This document shows positions 11,748-20,574 of a stretch of 30,053 nucleotides of DNA, one piece after another. How positions within the stretch are numbered: the first letter of the stretch is position 1; every line of letters starts with the position of its first letter. Position numbers and translations under genes: made by a program. This DNA is from Synechococcus sp. GTDB taxonomy: Bacteria > Cyanobacteriota > Cyanobacteriia > Thermostichales > PCC-7336. The notes beneath the pieces are model-generated. The model saw nothing but the letters and a program-made list of their open reading frames with translations. It was not told the DNA's origin and did not search any database. The stretch spans positions 1-30,053 of the forward strand of contig JBFRWN010000028.1 of NCBI GenBank assembly GCA_051439605.1. The letters are read 5' to 3'.

Positions 11748-12315
11748 AATAACTAGCCTGTTATTAGAACAATTGATGAAACTAGTTCAAACTGGAATCA
11801 TCTTAATAGATCTTTGGGAATCAGACACATTAATTCTGCAATGGGATGATTTTTATTTGTGAAGCATAAAAACTCTTAACGTATTCTTGGCAGCAGATTT
11901 TTTTTTGAGGGTCAATCCTTAGCGCTTTCTGTTGCCCATCCTGTGGCAGGATTTTGCCAAATTCAGTACTAGTAATAGTTTTGGCAATTGGTCGATTCAC
12001 CCTTCATACCAAAAATCGACTCACATGCTTCTTCTTTTTGGCAAGAAAAGTCCTTTAGGATTTCTATGGGGAACCTGAGCGGAAATACTTCTGAAGAAGT
12101 CGTAAAATTAAGCCCTCCTTCTAGAAAAGCTTGTTTAGAAAAACTTAAGATTTGAGCCTCGTATGGGAGATTCCTGTGGTGAACTGCTGTGCTACGGCGG
12201 TTTAATCAACGGACAATTCTGTGTCATGTAAGCGGATTGCCAAAGGTGATTTTTGTCAAGTGCGTTTGCGAGGGGATGGAGTCTTGCTGAGCTGCCGATT
12301 AGTTTCGTGCATATC

Positions 12316-12948
12316 TTAAATAGATGTGGGGCTTGTTGTCGGGAGGCTGTCTGGGAGCTTGCCATAAACTGCATCCCAGGTTGTGTGTTGGGTGAGAGTC
12401 TGTACGATCGCCGGTAGGGGGTTGCTATAGATGGCGGGGAAGTCCATTTCTCCAGGGAATTTCAGGGTGAAAGCCAAGCGTTCCAGCGGCGGCGTAAATT
12501 GTGCATCCACTGACTCCGTATTTCCTCTGGGGTCTATCCGATACCAGCCAAATTCCTGCAGGTAAACGGCATTAAGACCGTGCAAGCAATAGGTGGCTGC
12601 CGTCTCATCGATGCTGAGTCGCTGGTAGCACAGCCCTGCCGGAATGCCATTTGCTCTCAGAAGGGCCGCAAGCAAGTGGCTTTTAGCGTAGCAGTATCCT
12701 GTCATGTGTTTCAGGACATTAGATGCCCTGCAGGTGACAGGATTGAGCTGATAGTCAGAGCTGTGGCGAACCCGATCTCTAACCCATTCGAAGCAGGCTT
12801 TGGCGGTCTCTAAGCAGTCTATTCCCACTTGCTTACTTGTTGCAGGGACAGCCAGCTGGTTAGCCAGAGCCAGAATATTGGGGGCTCGCCAATCAATATA
12901 CGTGCTGGCTTCTAGATAGGTTTCTAGCGAATCTGTCTCAACGTTCAC
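12316..12948 (-). CDS. Transglutaminase-like family protein
   Basis: Cys-His-Asp triad context GYCYAKSHLLAALLRANGIPA...HGLNAVYL...WYRIDPRG. Confidence 0.9.
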   Translation of the reverse strand: MNVETDSLETYLEASTYIDWRAPNILALANQLAVPATSKQVGIDCLETAKACFEWVRDRVRHSSDYQLNPVTCRASNVLKHMTGYCYAKSHLLAALLRANGIPAGLCYQRLSIDETAATYCLHGLNAVYLQEFGWYRIDPRGNTESVDAQFTPPLERLAFTLKFPGEMDFPAIYSNPLPAIVQTLTQHTTWDAVYGKLPDSLPTTSPTSI

Positions 12949-13195
12949 GAGATCGATGCATTCAATGTTGTGAGGACTACAGTTTGGCTGCAGGCTCTCT
13001 AAAATTCAAGGTTTAGATGATGCTCAGTAGGTTAGTTGAAGGGCATAGTGGTCAAAATGCAATACAAGCTCTAATTAAAATTGCAGAGCGCTAACATTCC
13101 TATCCCTGCCGCAAGTAGACGGGGTATGACGGATGATTTTCCTGCGGAACCCACTTTGCTCCATTGACTCTTGCACGTGCCGGAGAAGCCAACCC

Positions 13196-13660
13196 ATGGA
13201 AATTGAACTCGCTAAGTACGTCCAAGCGGGCGATGTGGCAGCAGTCAAGCAAGCGCTGTCAACAGGCATTTCAGTTGAGGCCACAGATAGCATGGAGAAC
13301 AGTCTCCTAATTGTGGCTGCGCAAAATGACCATCTGGAGCTTGTAGAATTGCTGCTGTCCGCTGGAGCTGACCCAAATGCAAGAGGCTGGGGCGGAACTA
13401 CCGCTCTCATGGAATGCGGTAGCCTTTCCATCATGGAGGCATTAATCGCCGCAGGTTCAGATCCATTTACCGAGAATGACGATTGCGAAGACCTCCAGTC
13501 CCAATACGCACAGAGTGAAGCCAGTCTGAAAGCTCTTCAAGAAGCACTTGAAGCAGGGCAACTGCCCGGAAACGAGGGGCAGATGTACTGGCCAGCCTCC
13601 GCAGACTTTGTCGCCCGAAAGCATCTCATCGAGAAGCTGTTCAAAAACCGCCGTATTTAG
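13196..13660 (+). CDS. Ankyrin-repeat protein (154 aa)
   Basis: GDVAAVKQAL, LLIVAAQNDHLELVELLLSAGADPNARGWGGTTALM, LIAAGSDP repeats. Start placed at ATG 13196. Confidence 0.85.
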   Translation: MEIELAKYVQAGDVAAVKQALSTGISVEATDSMENSLLIVAAQNDHLELVELLLSAGADPNARGWGGTTALMECGSLSIMEALIAAGSDPFTENDDCEDLQSQYAQSEASLKALQEALEAGQLPGNEGQMYWPASADFVARKHLIEKLFKNRRI

Positions 13661-13813
13661 TGACAACGTTTTTAAGATAGTTAAGTGTTTAATCAGTTTT
13701 TGCACCAGTCATTGGCCCCCAGTGTTTTTGTATATGTTTAAGAGGCTTGAAGATTCGAGTTTAGCGGAACGGAATTCATTTCATCCAGCACGAACGGTAA
13801 TAGGAAAGCGAAC

Positions 13814-14491
13814 GTGAAAGTCCTAATGGTTCTAACATCCCACGAGCGCCTGGGAGACACCGGTAAGAAAACCGGCTTTTGGCTGGAAGAGTTTGCCACC
13901 CCTTACTACGTTTTCAAAGACGCGAATGTAGACATTACGCTTGCTTCTCCCCAAGGTGGCCAACCACCCCTCGACCCAAAAAGCGACGAGCCCGATGCCC
14001 AAACCGAATCAACTCAACGCTTTAATCAAGATGTGGCAGCTCAAACAGAACTGGCAAACACCGTGAAGCTCTCGCAGGTTTCCGCAGGCGATTTCGATGC
14101 CATCTTTTATCCAGGCGGGCATGGTCCCCTCTGGGATCTGTCAGCAGATAATCACTCCATCGCCCTGATTGAATCGATGTATGCCACTGGAAAACCTGTG
14201 GGGGCAGTCTGTCACGCCCCTGCCGTACTTCGAAACGCCAAAGCCCCAGATGGTAATCCCCTCGTTAGTGGAAAGTCTTTAACCGGTTTTAGCAACTCTG
14301 AAGAAGCTGCCGTTCAGCTAACAGAGGTTGTCCCGTTCCTGTTAGAAGACGATTTGAAGGCAAAAGGAGCCAACTACTCAAAAGCCGATGATTGGCAACC
14401 CTATGCCATTACCGATGGCAATCTAATTACAGGCCAAAATCCTGCATCCTCCGAAGCGGTGGCCAAAGCATTATTGGAGAAATTGGGCTAG
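13814..14491 (+). CDS. DJ-1/PfpI (Hsp31-like, type 1 glutamine amidotransferase-like) protein
   Basis: TGFWLEEF, YPGGHGPLWDL, AVCHAP nucleophile elbow, TGQNPAS. Confidence 0.93.
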   Translation: MKVLMVLTSHERLGDTGKKTGFWLEEFATPYYVFKDANVDITLASPQGGQPPLDPKSDEPDAQTESTQRFNQDVAAQTELANTVKLSQVSAGDFDAIFYPGGHGPLWDLSADNHSIALIESMYATGKPVGAVCHAPAVLRNAKAPDGNPLVSGKSLTGFSNSEEAAVQLTEVVPFLLEDDLKAKGANYSKADDWQPYAITDGNLITGQNPASSEAVAKALLEKLG

Positions 14492-15430
14492 TTACACCAA
14501 ACCGCTCTCTAGTGCTTCGCGCGACCGCGCAATGGCGGCCCGTAAATTGGCCCGCTGCGTGTAGCGCATTGTCATCGCAGCGGTGGTATGACCCAAAAGA
14601 TGCTGAATGTGTTCGGGGGCAACCCCTTTATCCAACAATAAAGTCGCAAAGCTGTGGCGGAACTGGTGGGGGGTCTGTTGCCCTGGCTCGTCTCGGGTGA
14701 GTTTTAAAACAATATGTCGCAGTCCGTCATAGGTGAGTGGCTTGCCCCGATAGCGCTGACACTTCGACTGGGAAGCAAACAGCGGATCGGTGGGGGAATA
14801 GGGGAATCGTTCTTCGAAGAGGTAATCCTGCAACAGCTCGGCTAATGCATCCCCAACCGCTACCACGCGGGGCTTGCTACCTTTGCCGCTGCGCACGTCC
14901 AAGATGGAACCCTCTGCACTGGTCTGGAAATCCTGAACCTGCAGGTCGATCGCCTCTTGGGCCCGCAAACCGCATTCCAATAGCACCCTCACCATCGCCG
15001 CGTAGCGCAGCGAATGGCTGTCCGCCCGAATCAATACCCGTTCTAGCATGAGGCGATCGATGTCGCGGGGTAGCTTGGCAGGGAGACGGGCCGCACGAAT
15101 CGACAGGGTGGGAAGGGGTGATTGACAATATCCGCGCGATTCCGCCCAGGAAAAAAACTGATGCAGCGCCAATCGCTTGAGATTGTAAGTTGCAGGGGAG
15201 GCAGGGGGATAAATCAGTTTGCCAGCTTTATTGCGCTTAGGGCGACCCTTGAGGCTATTAAGAAACGCTTGAACGTGCCGCGACTCAACCCGATCGAGGG
15301 GTAACGTGCAGTCTTGACTAAATTGTTCCAAAGCCATGCGGTAGGTTCGGCGACTGGCTCTGGCCAAGTCCCGTTCCCGTTCCTGAAGAAATTGAGCAAC
15401 TAACATCCCGGCAGATGTCGTGGCAGCCAT
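14492..15430 (-). CDS. Tyrosine recombinase, XerC/D-like
   Basis: Full catalytic set: GLRAQE (R), GKGSK (K), HQFRH (HxxR), LLGH (H), TMRY (Y). N-terminal core-binding domain; GAGG RBS upstream. Confidence 0.93.
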   Translation of the reverse strand: MAATTSAGMLVAQFLQERERDLARASRRTYRMALEQFSQDCTLPLDRVESRHVQAFLNSLKGRPKRNKAGKLIYPPASPATYNLKRLALHQFFSWAESRGYCQSPLPTLSIRAARLPAKLPRDIDRLMLERVLIRADSHSLRYAAMVRVLLECGLRAQEAIDLQVQDFQTSAEGSILDVRSGKGSKPRVVAVGDALAELLQDYLFEERFPYSPTDPLFASQSKCQRYRGKPLTYDGLRHIVLKLTRDEPGQQTPHQFRHSFATLLLDKGVAPEHIQHLLGHTTAAMTMRYTQRANLRAAIARSREALESGLV

Positions 15431-15487
15431 CGTTTGCCACCTCTGGAAAATTCAACCGCTGCGTTTATCGCCAACCAGTGTACCGGC

Positions 15488-16765
15488 TTAGTCACTGTAC
15501 TTCCGGAAAGCCAACGTTACGTTATGTCCACCAAATCCTAAAGAATTGGACAACGCAACATCCACTGTCATTTCGCGGCTGGTATAGGGTACGTAGTCCA
15601 GTTCGCACCCTTCCCCTGGATTGTCGTGGTTGAGGGTGGGGGGAACGCGATCGTTGGCCACCGACAGCACAGAGGCCACCGCTTCAATTCCGCCGGAGCC
15701 CCCCAACAGGTGACCGGTCATGGACTTCGTGGAGCTCACGGCGATCGCCTGGGCATGGTCCCCAAGAACCGTCTGAATAGCCGCCGACTCGTTTATGTCG
15801 TTAGCGGGTGTACTGGTGCCGTGGGCATTGATATAGCTTACCTCTGCAGAGGAAAGCCCACCATCTTTGAGGGCAAACCGCATTGCCCTAGCGGCCCCTT
15901 CTCCCCCTTCAGCAGGAGCAGTAATGTGGAAGGCGTCGCAGGTGAGGCCGTAGCCGACAATTTCAGCATAAATTCTGGCTCCGCGGGCCTTGGCATGCTC
16001 AAGTTCTTCCAAAACAAGAACGCCACTTCCTTCCCCCATGACAAATCCGTCGCGGTCTTTATCGAAAGGGCGACTGGCCTTATCGGGTTCGTCATTACGG
16101 GTGGACATAGCTTTCATGTTAGAGAAGCCTGCCATCGAAAGCTCAGTGATTGCCGCTTCCGTTCCACCAGCAATCATGGCTTGAGCATCCCCCCGCTGCA
16201 CGATGCGGAAGGCATCGCCGATGGCGTTGGCTCCTGCAGCACAAGCAGTAACGGTACAGTTACTCGGACCTTTGGCACCTATCTTTATGGCCACCTGACC
16301 TGCAGCCATATTGGCAATCATCATAGGAATCATGAAAGGGCTACAACGACCCGGCCCTTTCGTCAGGTTGACCCTCTGCTGATCCTCTAACACCTTAATG
16401 CCACCAATCCCAGTCCCGATTAGCACGCCCACTTGTTCTGCATTGACGTCGCTAATTGGCAGTGCAGAATCCTCCACCGCCTGCATTGCAGCCGCAATTG
16501 CAAAGTGCACGAAGCGGTCGTTGCGCTTTATCTCTTTGCGATCGAGATAGTCGCCGGGGTCGAAGTCCTTCACTTCGGCGGCAATCTGACAGCCGTGACG
16601 CGAGGCATCGAAGTGAGTGATAGGCCCAATCCCGCTACGGCCTTCCATCAGCCCCTGCCAATAGTCTGCGGTGGTGTTACCAATTGGGGTCACAGCTCCG
16701 AGGCCAGTGACAACCACGCGCTTTAACTCGATAGTACGGTTCGCAGGTGTTGGGGTATCAGGCAT
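15488..16765 (-). CDS. fabF: Beta-ketoacyl-ACP synthase II
   Basis: [14 protein letters not shown] (Cys), NAHGTST and KSMTGHLLG (His/His), GFGGHN; follows acpP. Start placed at ATG 16765. Confidence 0.97.
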   Translation of the reverse strand: MPDTPTPANRTIELKRVVVTGLGAVTPIGNTTADYWQGLMEGRSGIGPITHFDASRHGCQIAAEVKDFDPGDYLDRKEIKRNDRFVHFAIAAAMQAVEDSALPISDVNAEQVGVLIGTGIGGIKVLEDQQRVNLTKGPGRCSPFMIPMMIANMAAGQVAIKIGAKGPSNCTVTACAAGANAIGDAFRIVQRGDAQAMIAGGTEAAITELSMAGFSNMKAMSTRNDEPDKASRPFDKDRDGFVMGEGSGVLVLEELEHAKARGARIYAEIVGYGLTCDAFHITAPAEGGEGAARAMRFALKDGGLSSAEVSYINAHGTSTPANDINESAAIQTVLGDHAQAIAVSSTKSMTGHLLGGSGGIEAVASVLSVANDRVPPTLNHDNPGEGCELDYVPYTSREMTVDVALSNSLGFGGHNVTLAFRKYSD

Positions 16766-16997
16766 GGGACGTAGGGTAAATGTGAGATGGCGCTCGCCGA
16801 GGTTCAACAAAAAACAACTTCAATGAATGAGATCAAGTCGGTTTCATCCTGCCGTCATCGGGCGAATACCTAGGGATCGCCCCAGGAAAGGGGGCCGCTC
16901 TAGGCTAACTCAAGTGCGTTGGCAGCCTCAATCTCAGTGCAATTCAACTCCGAGCGAGGCCACCAAATGGGAAAACCATTCCCAATCGATTTCTCGC

Positions 16998-17234
16998 TTA
17001 GGACTTGCTAGCGTCGATGTGTTTGACAGCGTCACCCACAGTGGCAATTTTTTCAGCTTCTTCGTCAGGAATTTCCATATCGAACTCCTCTTCAAAGGCC
17101 ATCACCAACTCGACGGTGTCCAAGCTGTCGGCTCCAAGATCGTTTTGGAAGTGAGAATCGGCGGTCACTTCACCGGCTTCAACCCCTAGCTGGTCGACAA
17201 CAATATTGCGAACCCGGTCTAACGTATCTGACAT
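16998..17234 (-). CDS. acpP: Acyl carrier protein
   Basis: [20 protein letters not shown] phosphopantetheine site; 78 aa, acidic. Confidence 0.98.
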   Translation of the reverse strand: MSDTLDRVRNIVVDQLGVEAGEVTADSHFQNDLGADSLDTVELVMAFEEEFDMEIPDEEAEKIATVGDAVKHIDASKS

Positions 17235-17312
17235 TTCAATTCCTTTAGCATTGGCCTCAATAATTTTATAGGAAAGGGGGGGCGATTTCTGGGGAGGGAT
17301 GCAGTGAAGAGT

Positions 17313-20300
17313 TCAAGGGGAAGGTTGACTGGGTAGCACCGGTTCCTCTGAGTCTTGCTCGGTCGGGCGATCGCCGTATTGGGATTGCAGGCTATAGGAG
17401 GAAGATTGGTAACCGTCATCCCGAGGTGCGTTCGCGGCAGGAAGAGAGGATTGGCGATGACCCAAAAGGGCCTCCTCCACCGATCGAATCACAATGTAGA
17501 GGACTGGAACGATCGCCAAACTGAGCAGGGTGGACACTAACATTCCCCCAAACACGGCGGTGCCCAGCGATCGCCGACTGCCTGCCCCTGCCCCAGTAGC
17601 CACCACCAATGGAAATACCCCCAAAATAAAACTGAAAGCCGTCATCAAAATCGCCCGGAAGCGTGCCTCAGAGGCTTCCACCGCTGCTTTGACAATGGGT
17701 AACCCTCGGTCCCGCAGCTGGTTGGCAAATTCCACAATCAGAATGGAGTTTTTACTGGCCAATCCAATCAACATAACCAAGCCCACCTGCACAAAAATGT
17801 CGTTGTTAAGCCCGCGCACCTGCACAAATGCCAAAGCCCCCAAAATTGCCAGGGGTACCGACAACATGATGATTAGCGGATCGACAAAGCTCTCGTACTG
17901 AGCCGCTAAAAACAAGAAAACAAACACTAAGCCCAGAACAAATAGTTGAGCCGACTGTCCCCCTGACTGCAACTGTTCCAACGAGACCCCTGTCCATTCA
18001 AAGCCAAAGCCGGGAGGAAGCAGCTGGCTGGCCAGAGTTTCCATCGTGCCGATCGCCCGACCGGCACCAAATCCGGGAGCTGCGTCTCCAGACACCTGCA
18101 CCGAGCGGAAGAGATTGTAGTGGTTGATAATTTGCGGACCAGTCACGGGTGTAATACTCACAAGTCCATCCAGGGGGATCACCTCATCCGTGGTGCTAGA
18201 TCGCACGTAAAACTGACTGATGTCTTCGGGGGTGGTGCGATAGGGCTGGTCCACCTGAACGTAAACGCGATAGCTGCGGTTAAAACGATCGAAATCATTG
18301 ACGTAGTTACCGCCCAGCAACGTTTGCAGAGTGTCGAAGATATCGATGGGCTCAATTCCCAACAATTGCGCTTTCTCGCGATCGACATCCACCTGCAGTT
18401 GAGGGGTATTAGCCGAAAAAGTGGGCGGATTAACGGAAATCTCGGGCTGGTTGTTGCTGGCAAAAAAGAAGGATTGGGCAGCACTAGCCAACACATCAAA
18501 ATCGTCTTGAGTTTTCCCCTGCACCTGCATCTCAAACCCACCGCCGGTACCCAAACCCCGAATAGCCGGTGGATCGATGGGAATCACCAAGCCTTCACTG
18601 ATGCCCCCCAGCAATCGCCCCCGCATTTGATTCACGATCGCCGTAGCGGATTGCCAGGGATTTTTGCGTTCTCCCCATGGCTTCAAAGGGGCAAAAATCA
18701 GACCGCTGGTGGGGGAATTACCACCAAAGCTGACGCCACCAATGGACACGACGCTATCGATTTCCGGAACAGATTTGAGGGTGTCAACGGCCTCGTCAAC
18801 AATGCGCTGGGTGTAGTTGAGGGAGGTGCCAGGGGGACCTTGCACGATGTTGATGAAATAGCCTTGGTCCTCCGTGGGCAGAAAACCAGTGGGTACAGAG
18901 CGATAGAGAAATGCAGTGATAGCAATCAGCGCCACAAAAACAGCCACCATTGTCTTGCGGTACCCCACGATCGCATCCAACAAGCGACGGTAGAGCCGCC
19001 GCAAGCGATCGAGAATGCCAGAAATCGCTCGAAAGATGGCATTGGGGTGCTCGGGGGCAGGGCGACTGACCAATGCGGCGATCGCCGGTGAAAGGGTGAG
19101 GGCATTAAAGGTCGACAGCCCCACCGAAAACACGATGGTCAAGGCAAACTGCCGGTAGATTTGCCCGCTGGTGCCCGGAAAAAAGGCCACGGGAATAAAG
19201 ACTGCGAAGAGCACTAGGGTCGTGGCAATGACAGCCCCGAAGATCTCCCGCATCGCCTCTAAGGATGCCTGCAGCGGAGGCAATCCGTTCTCCACCTTGG
19301 TACTAATGTTTTCCACCACCACGATGGCGTCATCCACCACCAAGCCAGTGGCCAGGGTGAGGCCAAACAAGGTCAGGGTGTTAATGGAAAATCCCATCAC
19401 CTGCATAAAGGCAAAGGTGCCGATCAGCGACACCGGGATGGTAATGGCAGGAATCAGGGTCGAGCGCCATTCTTGCAAGAACACAAAAATCACCAATACC
19501 ACCCAGAAAATCGCCTGCAACAGCGTCAGAATAATTTCCCGAATGGACTGATTGACAAACTTTGATGTGTCGTAAGGAATGGCGTATTCCAAACCGGGGG
19601 GAAAGTCTTGGGCTAACTCGGCCATGGTTTCCCGCACCGCTTGCGTCACCGTTAGCGTGTTGGCCGAATTGAGTTTTGTTACACCCAACCCCACAGCATC
19701 GCTACCATCCACCTGAAACTGAGTGTCGTAAGATTGAGCCCCCAACTCCACCCTTCCCACATCCCCAACCGTCACCAACGTGCCATCATTGCCGGTCTTC
19801 AAGATGATGTTGGCGAACTCTTCTGCATCCTGCAGCCGCCCCTGAGCCCGCACGTTGAACTGAAACAACTGCTCTTCCGCAGATGGAGATTGACCGACGG
19901 ACCCCGCTGCCACCTGAACGTTTTGGTTGCGGACCGCTTCTACCACATCCTCAGCGGTCAACCCTCGACTAGCCAGCTGCACGGGGTCCACCCAAATACG
20001 CATCGCATAGCGGCGATCGCCGAAAATGCGGACGTCGCTAACCCCCGGAATGCGGCGAAGTACGTCTCTGATATACAAGTCAGTGTAGTTGCTGATAAAC
20101 AGGCGATCGTATTCCCCTCCCGGAGAGGACAGATTGACAAACTGCACGAAGGCACTATTGCCCGCCTTCGCCACCGTTACCCCCGTTTGCAAAACCTGCT
20201 CCGGCAGTTGGTTCTCTACCAGCTCAATGCGACGCTGCACCCCAATCGCCGCAGCATCTAAGTTCGCCCCCTGCTGAAACGTCACCAAAATGCGACTGGT

Positions 20301-20561
20301 GCCATCGCTGGAACTGGTAGAGGAGATGTAACGCATCCCCTCCACGCCATTAATGGCCCGCTCCAAAATATTGGTCACCCCAGACTCCACCACCTCGGCG
20401 CTAGCGCCGGTGTAGTTGGAAGTCACCGACACGGTGGGAGGAGACACTTCGGGGTAGTAATCAACTGGCAGCAAGGTGATGCTGACCGCCCCAATCAACA
20501 CGACGATGAGGGAACAAACACTGGCTAGGACCGGTCGCCGGATAAAGGTATCGGAAAACAT
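17313..20561 (-). CDS. RND efflux permease (HAE1/AcrB-like)
   Basis: FIRRPV N-terminus, GLVVDDAIVVVEN and GLASKNSILIVEFA proton-relay motifs, RFRAILMT; 1082 aa. Confidence 0.96.
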   Translation of the reverse strand: MFSDTFIRRPVLASVCSLIVVLIGAVSITLLPVDYYPEVSPPTVSVTSNYTGASAEVVESGVTNILERAINGVEGMRYISSTSSSDGTSRILVTFQQGANLDAAAIGVQRRIELVENQLPEQVLQTGVTVAKAGNSAFVQFVNLSSPGGEYDRLFISNYTDLYIRDVLRRIPGVSDVRIFGDRRYAMRIWVDPVQLASRGLTAEDVVEAVRNQNVQVAAGSVGQSPSAEEQLFQFNVRAQGRLQDAEEFANIILKTGNDGTLVTVGDVGRVELGAQSYDTQFQVDGSDAVGLGVTKLNSANTLTVTQAVRETMAELAQDFPPGLEYAIPYDTSKFVNQSIREIILTLLQAIFWVVLVIFVFLQEWRSTLIPAITIPVSLIGTFAFMQVMGFSINTLTLFGLTLATGLVVDDAIVVVENISTKVENGLPPLQASLEAMREIFGAVIATTLVLFAVFIPVAFFPGTSGQIYRQFALTIVFSVGLSTFNALTLSPAIAALVSRPAPEHPNAIFRAISGILDRLRRLYRRLLDAIVGYRKTMVAVFVALIAITAFLYRSVPTGFLPTEDQGYFINIVQGPPGTSLNYTQRIVDEAVDTLKSVPEIDSVVSIGGVSFGGNSPTSGLIFAPLKPWGERKNPWQSATAIVNQMRGRLLGGISEGLVIPIDPPAIRGLGTGGGFEMQVQGKTQDDFDVLASAAQSFFFASNNQPEISVNPPTFSANTPQLQVDVDREKAQLLGIEPIDIFDTLQTLLGGNYVNDFDRFNRSYRVYVQVDQPYRTTPEDISQFYVRSSTTDEVIPLDGLVSITPVTGPQIINHYNLFRSVQVSGDAAPGFGAGRAIGTMETLASQLLPPGFGFEWTGVSLEQLQSGGQSAQLFVLGLVFVFLFLAAQYESFVDPLIIMLSVPLAILGALAFVQVRGLNNDIFVQVGLVMLIGLASKNSILIVEFANQLRDRGLPIVKAAVEASEARFRAILMTAFSFILGVFPLVVATGAGAGSRRSLGTAVFGGMLVSTLLSLAIVPVLYIVIRSVEEALLGHRQSSLPAANAPRDDGYQSSSYSLQSQYGDRPTEQDSEEPVLPSQPSP

Positions 20562-20574
20562 GCGTCAGCAGTCC

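Noticed and set aside
12316..15430. Integron or prophage/ICE built around the recombinase
   Set aside because: No IntI-specific insertion, no attC pairs, mixed gene orientations, no phage or conjugation genes, and no duplicated fabF 3' end found.
15626..16390. 254-aa + strand ORF
   Set aside because: Antisense shadow of fabF with no recognisable motifs.
18120..19091. 323-aa + strand ORF
   Set aside because: Antisense shadow of the RND gene; explained by codon bias. The same applies to the other short nested ORFs in the track.
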